Assembly: GCA_963718615.1 (NCBI GenBank) | Contig: OY970368.1 | Coordinates: forward strand, 5,568,001-5,632,000 | DNA length: 64,000 bases | Origin: an uncultured cyanobacterium | GTDB taxonomy: Bacteria > Cyanobacteriota > Cyanobacteriia > PCC-9006 > JAAUQQ01 | Direction: 5' to 3' | In this document: in pieces, positions 47,572 through 55,794 of the stretch | Numbering within the stretch: the first letter of the stretch is position 1 | Layout: each line of letters begins with the position of its first letter | Position numbers and translations under genes: made by a program | The notes under the pieces: model-generated | Databases searched by the model: none | What the model was told of the DNA's origin: nothing | Seen by the model: the letters and a program-made list of their open reading frames with translations, nothing else

Positions 47572-48366
47572 ATGGAGTTTGATCTGCGAAAGGCGATTAA
47601 CGCAATCTCAGATGTCGTTCAGAATCGACCAGTTCCACTTCGCGAATTCGACCAGATATATATGAAGGTCGCCGATATGGTTATCCAAGCGGAGTATGTG
47701 GCTCGTGTTTTTGACGACAAGGATGTCGTATTTGTCGGGGACGGTGATGGAATTGCACTGTCTGCTGCTCATTTAAAAGCTCAAAAGGTCATCAATTATG
47801 GCCCGCAATCAATTACTTTGCTCGATTTTGATGAACGGATCGTCAATTCTGTGCGGCGCTTTGGTGAAAAGCTTAGCCCTCACATCAAGATTTCATCACA
47901 TCTTTACAATGTGGCAGATGCATTACCTCCAGAACATTTTGGTGTATACGATGGGTTTCACATCAATCCGCCCTGGGGGGCAAGTAACGATGGGGAAAGT
48001 GTTATCGCCTTTTTTGAGCGTGGCAGTCAGGCAACAAAGGCGAAGAGTTTGGGGATTGTCGTTATAGCAGATGACCCTGACCTACTCTGGACTCAGGGAG
48101 TTTTACGAGATACGCAATGTCGTGCCCTTGAACTCGGATATGTAGTAGCCGAGATGCTGCCACAGCTACACCTTTATCATCTCGACGATGCACCTGATCT
48201 ACGGTCATGTTCGTGCCTATTTCGTCGTATTGATCCTAGTTGTATGCAGACTGTCTCGGAACCTCTTGAGTCGGCGCGGCTCGAAAATTTTTACGGCAAA
48301 AGTTCCCCGTTACGCTTTCGATACGTACGTGAGCGGACAACACTCAACACCGATAGAGAATCATGA
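47572..48366 (+). CDS. BpsA (branched-chain polyamine synthase)-like SAM-dependent transferase, 3' end interrupted by IS
   Basis: REFDQ, VVFVGDGDGIAL, LLDFDERIV, YNVADALP, FHINPPW. The TGA stop is supplied by the IS terminus. The native tail continues at 49656-49700. Confidence 0.75.
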   Translation: MEFDLRKAINAISDVVQNRPVPLREFDQIYMKVADMVIQAEYVARVFDDKDVVFVGDGDGIALSAAHLKAQKVINYGPQSITLLDFDERIVNSVRRFGEKLSPHIKISSHLYNVADALPPEHFGVYDGFHINPPWGASNDGESVIAFFERGSQATKAKSLGIVVIADDPDLLWTQGVLRDTQCRALELGYVVAEMLPQLHLYHLDDAPDLRSCSCLFRRIDPSCMQTVSEPLESARLENFYGKSSPLRFRYVRERTTLNTDRES

Positions 48367-48437
48367 GGTGGACCCAATCGACTGAACAGATTTAACAGGA
48401 GACTAAGCTCTGAATTCTCCCCGGATTGGACCTCTAT

Positions 48438-49301
48438 TCAGCGACTGCTCTCAGCTGCACCGTCAAAGTAAATCTCATCCGGTGTTTTGTAATCCAACGA
48501 CTGATGCAATCTCAACTGATTATACCAGCTAAACCATTTCTTCACCTCCTGATTTAAGTGATTCCCATCCTCAAAACTCTTCAGATAAATCAGCTCGTAC
48601 TTCAGCGATCGCCACAGCCTTTCAATGAAGATGTTGTCATGACACCTTCCCCGTCCATCCATGCTCACCTGGGCTCCGGCTGTTCTCAACCTCTCGGTAA
48701 ACACCTTCGCCGTGAACTGAGACCCCTGATCTGAATTGAAGATATCAGGACATCCATATTCCTCCAACGCTTCCTCCAATGCATCCAAACAGAACTGCAC
48801 ATCCATCGTGTTCGAGATTCGCCAGCTCAGCACCTTACGGCTGTACCAGTCCATAATCGCCACCAGATAGAAATGCCCCTTCAGCACCGGCAGATAGGTG
48901 ATGTCCGTGCTCCAGACCTGGTTTACCTTATCAATCGCCACACCCCTCAGCAGATAGGGATATATCTTGTGCTCCGGGTTTGCCACAGTCAGCTTCGGCT
49001 TCGGATACAGCGTTTGTAGACCCAGCTTTCGCATCAACCGCTGCACTCGCTTGCGATTCACATCATGACCCTCTCTCTTCAACTGAGCCGTCATCCGACG
49101 AGAGCCATAGAACGGCATCTCCAGATACAGCTCATCCAAGCGACGCAGCAGTTCTAGCTCAGAGTCACTCACTGCTTTGGCACGGTAGTACAAGCTCGAA
49201 CGGCTGATGCCCAGTAGCTGACATTGACGCACCAGGCTCAACTCCTCGTGCTCTCGCTCTACCAGGGCTTTTCGCTGCTCAACCCCAGTTTGGCTGAGCA
49301 C
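48438..49301 (-). CDS. IS3 transposase OrfB (DDE integrase core)
   Basis: YGSRRM, WSTDITY, DWYSR, NSDQGSQF, DNIFIERLWRSLKYE. Confidence 0.95.
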   Translation of the reverse strand: MLSQTGVEQRKALVEREHEELSLVRQCQLLGISRSSLYYRAKAVSDSELELLRRLDELYLEMPFYGSRRMTAQLKREGHDVNRKRVQRLMRKLGLQTLYPKPKLTVANPEHKIYPYLLRGVAIDKVNQVWSTDITYLPVLKGHFYLVAIMDWYSRKVLSWRISNTMDVQFCLDALEEALEEYGCPDIFNSDQGSQFTAKVFTERLRTAGAQVSMDGRGRCHDNIFIERLWRSLKYELIYLKSFEDGNHLNQEVKKWFSWYNQLRLHQSLDYKTPDEIYFDGAAESSR

Positions 49302-49582
49302 TCCGCTAAAAAATCCCGTTCCACCTTCAGCTTGCCGATTTGCCGATACAGCTCGTTGATTTCTGCCTGTTTATTCGCTTCCTCCTTTCCTCTATCAGAT
49401 GTCTGGCCTGAATCAAAGACGCTGCTTGCCCCTTCCAAGAGCTGCCTCTTCCACTGATGGATCAGCGTTGGATGCACATTGTGTTGGCTCGCCAGTTCCG
49501 GCACCGTCTTTGCCCCTTGCAAGGCTTCCAAGGCGATTCTCGATTTGAACTGGGCGCTGTACTGTCGGCGTTTCTTGCTCAT
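49259..49582 (-). CDS. IS3 transposase OrfA (HTH + leucine zipper), -1 frameshift to OrfB
   Basis: RRQYSAQFK...VHPTLIHQWK...LYRQIGKLKVERDFL. Slippery T-TTT-TTA at 49307-49313. Confidence 0.92.
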   Translation of the reverse strand: MSKKRRQYSAQFKSRIALEALQGAKTVPELASQHNVHPTLIHQWKRQLLEGASSVFDSGQTSDRGKEEANKQAEINELYRQIGKLKVERDFLAECSAKLGLSSEKPW

Positions 49583-49692
49583 CTTCTACTCCTATCATTT
49601 TTCGTGGAGTTTCAGAGCTTAACCCCCTGTCCAGTTTTTGGGGTCCACTATATCAGACCTTCTTTATACACTTGAAAAACTTGAGGTGGACA

Positions 49693-50265
49693 ATGGATGA
49701 CCAGATAAAGCAAGCAGGACTTATTTTTATGAAAGTTGGTCTGCATGCACAAGAGAGTATCGAAGATATTGTCGAGCGAAAGCAACGTGAATTTGAAGAA
49801 GCAGGCTCTATTTTTTGGGGCTATGGCGGTAATACTTGCCATCCACTCACTATGGTTCAACCGTTTGCAAAAGAGGTAGAAAAAAGTGGCAATCAAATTC
49901 TTATCGTTATGCAGAAGATGAACTCTAAACATGCTGCTCCACCAGAAATTGCTAAAGAGTACTCAGACGATGGTGTAAACTGGCAACCAATTCCCAAGGG
50001 TATAGAAGTTCGTGGGTCACGTTATGCACTAGTTCTGGATAAGCTTCGAGTCGAAGAGTTTGACTTGGATCTGGGTGAACTACAAGTTGGAATTGGACCT
50101 AGCCGTGGACGCAAAGCTGATCAATATTTAGTCGGTCAGGCGGACAAAGGATGCTTTCTTTATACGTCTCGGGAATCACCCATAACACAGGAGGAGCAGC
50201 CATTAAAACGTATCGGACTGGTTGCCAACGTTAAAGCACCTTATGCGGTTTTCCTCAAAAATTAA
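49693..50265 (+). CDS. hypothetical protein X (paralog of 52359-53171)
   Basis: ATG at 49693 after GAGGTGG, overlapping the native stop of the upstream transferase. FMKVGLHAQESIEDIVERKQREFEEAGSIFWGYGG...SRYALV. Confidence 0.8.
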   Translation: MDDQIKQAGLIFMKVGLHAQESIEDIVERKQREFEEAGSIFWGYGGNTCHPLTMVQPFAKEVEKSGNQILIVMQKMNSKHAAPPEIAKEYSDDGVNWQPIPKGIEVRGSRYALVLDKLRVEEFDLDLGELQVGIGPSRGRKADQYLVGQADKGCFLYTSRESPITQEEQPLKRIGLVANVKAPYAVFLKN

Positions 50266-50909
50266 CCAGATGTTGGGTATAGTAAGTTCCCTGTCACAGC
50301 ACGCAGATGATTGATGTACGAAGCTAGAGCCTCTTGCACTGACTCATAGTTTGCAGGAATAGTTACGCCAAATGCAATGTTCAATGCTTTATCGACATCA
50401 GGCTTCGATCTTACGCACTCTTGGACGTGAGTAAATTGATCCTCAACTAAGTACGAGAACAGCACTTCCATCGATATCACACGACCCGCCAGTGCATTGG
50501 CGAGGTAGGCGACAGATTCATGAGAGCAAAGCGCTGCTAGCGATCGCTTATCGCCCGTAATGATAAGTGCATCTCTAGCAGTAGCACCTACTGCAAGCAG
50601 CAAGGCTTCTCCGGTGTCGATATTTTGTACCGCACTCATTGCATCCAATAGATCTGGGTCAGCCAATCTAGCATCCAAGGACTTAGCGATTTTGAGGAAT
50701 GATTCTAGCCTAGAGTAGCTCTCTTCATCCTCACAAAAAAGCAAGCGATTTTTGGCGGGGAGGAGGACGTATTTTGCAGTCGCAAGCACCCGTACATCCG
50801 TGATTGTGAAATCGAATCGAGCTATGACCTCATCAAGTAGCCCGTAACGTGCAAGTTTAATTAAGGCATCGTTATCGATCAGAAACAGCCGATCCATGAA
50901 CGACCTCAC
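50262..50909 (-). CDS. PIN-domain protein (putative nuclease toxin)
   Basis: LIDNDALIKL, IDTGEALLL, IITGDKR: the acidic PIN active-site pattern. GTGA overlap with the peptidase stop. Confidence 0.75.
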   Translation of the reverse strand: MRSFMDRLFLIDNDALIKLARYGLLDEVIARFDFTITDVRVLATAKYVLLPAKNRLLFCEDEESYSRLESFLKIAKSLDARLADPDLLDAMSAVQNIDTGEALLLAVGATARDALIITGDKRSLAALCSHESVAYLANALAGRVISMEVLFSYLVEDQFTHVQECVRSKPDVDKALNIAFGVTIPANYESVQEALASYINHLRAVTGNLLYPTSG

Positions 50910-51952
50910 TCAAGGTGCGATCCAGTAACTCTACCAAGGAATTCCAGGGTTTCCATCGGCAAGGTTTCAGGGTTGATGTGACCCCACATCGCTGCATTAA
51001 TAATTACTGGTGCGGGTGGATTCCCACCTTGCAACACCTTTGCGGCTGCAATACCCATTTCCCATTTCCCGGACTGATTCGCAAAGTTCAACACAATGTG
51101 TCCAGGATCGATGTGGTGGTTCTTGCCAAATCTAAACGCTGAATCAGCTAGTTCTCTGAAATTAACGTGACTATCTGAGGGAGTATAAGTCGCATCAGGT
51201 CTAGCGTTTAATAGCTCGATCGCAAACGCATCAGCCGTACGCTCGTCCAAATCGGCATCCTTCAGAGCGTAGGAGTCCTCGCTAAGCTCCTCATCAATCA
51301 ATATTTCATTGGGAGCCACATGCCCCAGCGCCAAGTGAGCGACTTCATGAGCCAAAATAAAGAGTTGCCACGCCCAGAGAGGAGACGCTTTTGACAAAAT
51401 GATGACGGGTCGGCTGTCCGTATGAATCACCATGCCATCCATTTTCGCTACACCGATGCCAAGTTCAGCCAGATAAATCACAGGCACGCCATGCAACCAG
51501 CAAAACAGGAGTAAATTTCTCAGCCCTAGCCAGTTACCTGGAAAGGAGGTCAGCACCTCTTGACGAAGAGCATTAGCACTACTGACAAACGGAATAAATT
51601 CTACACCACAAGCTGCTGCAACGGATTCCGCAACGCTAACTGCAATTGCTGTAGATGCCGTCAAGTTCTTCGCCTTGTTTGGAATTGAGCGCTTGTATTT
51701 CACGTCACGTCGCCGAAGCGATTCGACTCGTGGACTTGCATCAAAAAGAGGACTAGTACGAAGACCAAGCCGCTTTGCGAGAATCGCCGCAATTTCTAAC
51801 GATGCCGAGGTATCTGATAAAACTTCCGGTGTCACCCATTCGGGGAGCAGCACATTTTGTATGCTGCGTGGGAAGCCAGCAGATTCCAGGGAAACAAAGA
51901 TCCTATCGATCTGATGATTAGATGTGTCCGCGTGAATCTCCTGCTGTGTCAT
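50906..51952 (-). CDS. ImmA/IrrE family Zn metallopeptidase
   Basis: GVPVI, MDGM, RPVIIL, FILAHEVAHLALGH (HExxH), ERTADAFA. Confidence 0.88.
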   Translation of the reverse strand: MTQQEIHADTSNHQIDRIFVSLESAGFPRSIQNVLLPEWVTPEVLSDTSASLEIAAILAKRLGLRTSPLFDASPRVESLRRRDVKYKRSIPNKAKNLTASTAIAVSVAESVAAACGVEFIPFVSSANALRQEVLTSFPGNWLGLRNLLLFCWLHGVPVIYLAELGIGVAKMDGMVIHTDSRPVIILSKASPLWAWQLFILAHEVAHLALGHVAPNEILIDEELSEDSYALKDADLDERTADAFAIELLNARPDATYTPSDSHVNFRELADSAFRFGKNHHIDPGHIVLNFANQSGKWEMGIAAAKVLQGGNPPAPVIINAAMWGHINPETLPMETLEFLGRVTGSHLE

Positions 51953-52289
51953 CTACTTTTCTGGTTAACCCTTTCAGGCACTTAATCACTGCAAGCAAAG
52001 CTTTCCCGCCTGCCTCTGTTCCGTCCCATACATCAATAATAGCGTCTCGCAGTAGGTCATCATATCTATGACTAGCTTTACAATCTGTAACAGACAGCAC
52101 AGCATAGAAATTGCATAGCTTATTGAATGACTGGCTGATGCGCTGACGCTTCCCATCGAATCGTCGCATACGCGAAACAGTTGGCTGACTCACAGAGGCT
52201 AGTCGAGCGATTTCACTTGAGGAGCGGCTATCAGCTCTTAGGCAGGATAGTAGTTGTTGAACCACCAATTGAGTTTGGTCATTTGTCAT
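51918..52289 (-). CDS. small HTH transcriptional regulator
   Basis: SSSEIARLASVSQPTVSRM helix-turn-helix; first gene of the HTH-peptidase-PIN operon. Confidence 0.82.
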   Translation of the reverse strand: MTNDQTQLVVQQLLSCLRADSRSSSEIARLASVSQPTVSRMRRFDGKRQRISQSFNKLCNFYAVLSVTDCKASHRYDDLLRDAIIDVWDGTEAGGKALLAVIKCLKGLTRKVDDTAGDSRGHI

Positions 52290-52291
52290 GT

Positions 52292-52342
52292 CTATTCATT
52301 ATGTTATTCGATGATTACTAATGAATAGCATAATGATATAAT
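52292..52342. promoter_or_regulatory. divergent promoter with palindromic operator
   Basis: CTATTCATTA (52292-52301) / TAATGAATAG (52319-52328) is a perfect IR. TCATTATGTTATTC / GAATAGCATAATGA is a 13/14 IR. TATAAT lies at 52337-52342. Confidence 0.7.
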
Positions 52343-52358
52343 TCTAGTCACTAGGGAT

Positions 52359-53171
52359 ATGGACACGATCATGAAAAAAATTCCCCCGACATTTTGCTGG
52401 ACTAAAATGGGATCTGAAGCTGGAGAAGAGTTGACGGCAATTATTCGTAGGAAGGAGTGGGAACGCCAATTAGGTGGTGGATACTTCTTTTGGGGAATTG
52501 GTCAGTCTCTCGGTGAAAATGCTAAAGTTGTAGCCCCTAAAATAGCTTCTTTACATGTGATTTTTTCACCAATGCCCAGCAAGCCTAAGCTAATTGATGT
52601 GGCACCGAATGATGTGGCTATATGGAACGCCTGGATTGATGCACAAGGCGTGGTAAGAAGATTGCCACTTCATTGCTTCATCACGAGTCGCGCATCTTTA
52701 CCCTCTGGCAGGAAAAAAGAAAGTCATTATGCTTTGGTGTGTTTCTCCGATCAGGAATTGGATAAACAGAGTAATGAAATCTTTATATTTCCAAACCACC
52801 TTCGCAATGTAGCAACCAATAAACCTCTTGGAGCATCACAGGTGACAGCTGTTGTTCATGCCCCAAATCTGGGAGATAAAACATCTGATGCCAAAAGCTA
52901 TTCTGTTAGTTTTACTGCTGAACTTCGTTTACCCTATTGTGTACAACTAGCTCAGCCATTATTGCTAGATGTGGAGGAACTTATTGAAATTAAGAAAATC
53001 ACAAATTTAGGTGATACTGAATCGTGGAAAGCTCTGGTTACATCTATCCGTTCTCGTATGATAGAAGAAATAAATTGGGTGCAATGCACATTAGATTTTG
53101 TTAATGAAGATGACTCATCGTTCACTGATAGCCTGAGTGTGCTTCATTGCTCTGGATATAGCAATGTATAG
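52359..53171 (+). CDS. hypothetical protein Y (paralog of 49693-50265)
   Basis: WTKMGSEAGEELTAIIRRKEWERQLGGGYFFWGIG...SHYALV. Confidence 0.8.
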   Translation: MDTIMKKIPPTFCWTKMGSEAGEELTAIIRRKEWERQLGGGYFFWGIGQSLGENAKVVAPKIASLHVIFSPMPSKPKLIDVAPNDVAIWNAWIDAQGVVRRLPLHCFITSRASLPSGRKKESHYALVCFSDQELDKQSNEIFIFPNHLRNVATNKPLGASQVTAVVHAPNLGDKTSDAKSYSVSFTAELRLPYCVQLAQPLLLDVEELIEIKKITNLGDTESWKALVTSIRSRMIEEINWVQCTLDFVNEDDSSFTDSLSVLHCSGYSNV

Positions 53172-53511
53172 AATCTTTCTCAAAGCAAACGTGTCTTTAT
53201 TTTTGAATTTATTAAATGTTAATTAGAGTTTTTCGGAGATCTTAAGTTTCGAAAAAACTCTAGTACTAGATGGCATAAGTTCTTCGACTACTCATCTTTC
53301 TGACGTCTGACCGCATAGGCTGCCAGGCTGTCTACATGAATTGGTCGTCTAGATATTTACGCCAAGCAATACTAGGGAGAGGATTAAATATTGGAGATTT
53401 AGGGGGTAATCGGTGAGATTAAGGCGTAAATAGGCGTGGTGGTGCGGACTGTTGCAATCCAAATTGTAGCGTATCAAAGATTCTTTGTAGTCGCTGACTA
53501 CGAACGTTAAT

Positions 53512-53626
53512 GGTAGTGCTATTTCCGAAAGGCTAGAGAATAAGCAAGTAATCGTAAAAATCTTGCATTACAAGGAATCCTAGGCCTGTGCCTGTTTTTC
53601 TATGGCCCGCCCATAATAGCACTACC
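53512..53626. mobile_element. 115-bp MITE with IS1-like terminal inverted repeats
   Basis: Perfect 12-bp TIR GGTAGTGCTATT / AATAGCACTACC; no TSD visible. Confidence 0.7.
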
Positions 53627-53628
53627 CA

Positions 53629-53781
53629 GATATTGAGCAGGCTAAAGAACTGTACCAAGAATATAAAAGAAGAAAGAAAAAAGCTGGCGGAGCAGGAATA
53701 AAAAAAGAAGCTGAAAAAAGAAGAGAAAGAAGAGGTAAAGAGCATGGTATTAACAAGAGACTTCAAAGAAACAGTGAATGA
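53629..53781 (+). pseudogene. C-terminal remnant of a RelE/HigB-type addiction-module toxin
   Basis: DIEQAKELYQEYKRRKKK... begins right after the MITE and overlaps the antitoxin start. Confidence 0.6.
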
Positions 53782-54106
53782 ACGAATACAACGAAATCCT
53801 GAATTCGCAGCATCTCTTCTGGATGAAGCTATTTCTCTTTTTCTCAAGGGTGAACCAGAAACGGCAAGACTTATTTGGAGAGAACTCGTAAATGCAACTG
53901 TGGGTTTTGAAAAACTAGCAGTCGAAACTGCTAAACCCAGCAAAAGCCTTCACCGGATGTTATCTGCAACAGGCAATCCTACAATGGATACTCTGACTAG
54001 TATTCTTAATGTTCTTCGTAAGACTCCGTATGTAGATATAGGTAGTCCTATTTCGGTAAGGATAGCCACAACCCCTTTCACGCAGAGTTTTCAGCGCTTA
54101 GAGTAA
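53744..54106 (+). CDS. addiction-module antitoxin (HTH), C-terminus replaced by MITE sequence after 54040
   Basis: MVLTRDFKETV...LLDEAI...GFEKLA...KSLHRMLS..GNPT. Confidence 0.8.
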   Translation: MVLTRDFKETVNERIQRNPEFAASLLDEAISLFLKGEPETARLIWRELVNATVGFEKLAVETAKPSKSLHRMLSATGNPTMDTLTSILNVLRKTPYVDIGSPISVRIATTPFTQSFQRLE

Positions 54107-54293
54107 ACTTTATAGACCTGAAGTATCCTGGATTTTCTCACGGTTTTACAGCCACAAAGCCAAGATATTCACGAAATAATAGGTGCTCTGGGCCATCTCA
54201 TCGGCAGATACTTACCCTTTTCTACAGAGAAAGAAATTTGTGAAACTGGTGCTGATAGAGAGTTTCAGCCATCCTTACCTTTGGATCACTACC
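54041..54293. mobile_element. ~253-bp MITE / IS remnant with related TIRs
   Basis: GGTAGTCCTATTTCGGTAAGGATAGC at 54041 versus reverse-complement GGTAGTGATCCAAAGGTAAGGATGGC ending 54293 (18/26 identical). The left end resembles the 53512 element. Confidence 0.6.
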
Positions 54294-54405
54294 AAGCGTT
54301 GAAGAGGGCTGGGTTAAGGGAAAAGCTGGCATTGTGGTTTTATGCTTCAAAGAGGGCGAGTCGGTATAATTGAAAGTAAGGTCTAGAACCAACCGTTGCG
54401 CTACC

Positions 54406-54618
54406 ATGCAGATCACTCTGAATCTTGATGAGTCTCTTCTCAATGAAGCCCTTGAACTGACTAATCTTTCCACACAAGAAGAGTTGTTAGTCTTAGCTTT
54501 GCGCGAATTGGTGCGATCGCGGCGCAAGAAAAATCTTCTCGACCTCGCGGGAAAAATTCAGTTTACCGAGGATTTTGATCACAAAGACCTGCGTGAGACT
54601 CGTCATGCTGCTGATTGA
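54406..54618 (+). CDS. vapB: VapB antitoxin
   Basis: MQITLNLDESLLNEAL...ALRELV...LLDLAGKI; overlaps vapC. Confidence 0.85.
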   Translation: MQITLNLDESLLNEALELTNLSTQEELLVLALRELVRSRRKKNLLDLAGKIQFTEDFDHKDLRETRHAAD

Positions 54619-55003
54619 TACCTCGGTTTGGATCAGCGTCTTCCGCGATCGCACAGGTCAAGTCCGCCAAAAACTCGAAACACTGATTGACGATCGTGAC
54701 GTCTTCCTGGCGCGGTTCACTCAGCTTGAATTGCTTCAGGGGAGCTTGAACGAAAAAGAGTGGACGCTTCTTTCTAGCTATCTTAAAACCCAGGACTACG
54801 TGGAACTAACGAATGACTCTTGGCAAGCAGCAGCGCGGATTTTTTATGACTTGCGTCGTCAAGGGCTGACTGTTCGGAGTCCGATTGATTGCTGTATCGC
54901 TCAAGCTGCTTTGGAGAATGATTTACTGTTGATTCACAACGATCGCGATTTTGAGACAATTGCTCAAGCGAGATCGCTACAACACTTCCACTTTCAACCT
55001 TGA
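54605..55003 (+). CDS. vapC: VapC PIN toxin (intact)
   Basis: LIDTSVWI, ELLQG, DCCIA, LIHNDRDF. Confidence 0.9.
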   Translation: MLLIDTSVWISVFRDRTGQVRQKLETLIDDRDVFLARFTQLELLQGSLNEKEWTLLSSYLKTQDYVELTNDSWQAAARIFYDLRRQGLTVRSPIDCCIAQAALENDLLLIHNDRDFETIAQARSLQHFHFQP

Positions 55004-55263
55004 AACTTCTGCGAGGTGATCGGTAATTGCAGAACGATGGGACGTGGCGTTGCTGAATACTCAACCAGTCATGGAAGGGCATTGTCCACTGCCTCGGGAG
55101 AATGTCAAACAGCATGTAAATTTCTCGCAAACCTTGCCCCACCGGACAGCCCAACCCGCCAGTATAGAAACAACGACAGAGTCACTCGGTCTGATTTCTC
55201 TTGTTTACCTGATTTCCCGTTCCCTACCGGATTTCAATCCACTTCGTTATTTTTAGGTTGTCC

Positions 55264-55794
55264 ATGCATCCATCTCCCTGGAAACTTCCTCTCTTCCTCG
55301 CAGTCACCAGCATCCTAGCCAGCCTCGGTCAAACCGCCCAAGCCAGCGAACAGCCACTCGCGCAAGTGGTGCGAGGTTGTCAGTTTGGTGATTTTCCCAA
55401 ATACTACTCCCGCGTTACCACCAACCAAGGCGATCCCCTGCGCGTTCGCTCAGCCCCCGCAGGCTCTACCATCGGCTCAATCCCCAATGGCTGGGCCGTA
55501 GTCGTCTTGGAATGGAGCCGCAATGGCGTTTGGGCCAGAATCACCAGTCACTTCGGTAATATTGGCGAATTTGGTTTTGCTAGCGCGCCATCCTTCCGGG
55601 AGGGTTGGGTCTCTGCTGCCTACCTCAAAGACCTGGGGCGGTTTTGCGAAAAACCCACGAGCGCCGCTCAGCTCATCCAGCCAGAATTGTTAGGCACCCA
55701 ACCCATTGAAGTCGAACCCGATTGGCTCGCCCTCGCAGATGCGCTGGCCATCCCCCAGCAAGCCAATGCCAGTCTAGATGCACCAACGCAATGA
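55264..55794 (+). CDS. secreted SH3b-domain protein
   Basis: Signal peptide ending AQA; LRVRSAP..IGSIPNG..V...W...GWVSAAYL. Confidence 0.8.
   Translation: MHPSPWKLPLFLAVTSILASLGQTAQASEQPLAQVVRGCQFGDFPKYYSRVTTNQGDPLRVRSAPAGSTIGSIPNGWAVVVLEWSRNGVWARITSHFGNIGEFGFASAPSFREGWVSAAYLKDLGRFCEKPTSAAQLIQPELLGTQPIEVEPDWLALADALAIPQQANASLDAPTQ

Larger units (their letters stand above)
48364..49652 (-). mobile_element. IS3-family insertion sequence, 1289 bp, 3-bp TSD (TCA)
   Basis: Imperfect IRs TGAGGTGGACCC..ACTGAACAG..TAAGCTCTGAA (48364) and TATAGTGGACCC..ACTGGACAG..TAAGCTCTGAA (reverse complement from 49652). TCA at 48361-48363 and 49653-49655. Confidence 0.92.

Noticed and set aside
53533-53943. 136-aa minus-strand ORF with Phe/Ser runs
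   Set aside because: Antisense of the purine-rich toxin remnant/antitoxin and the MITE.
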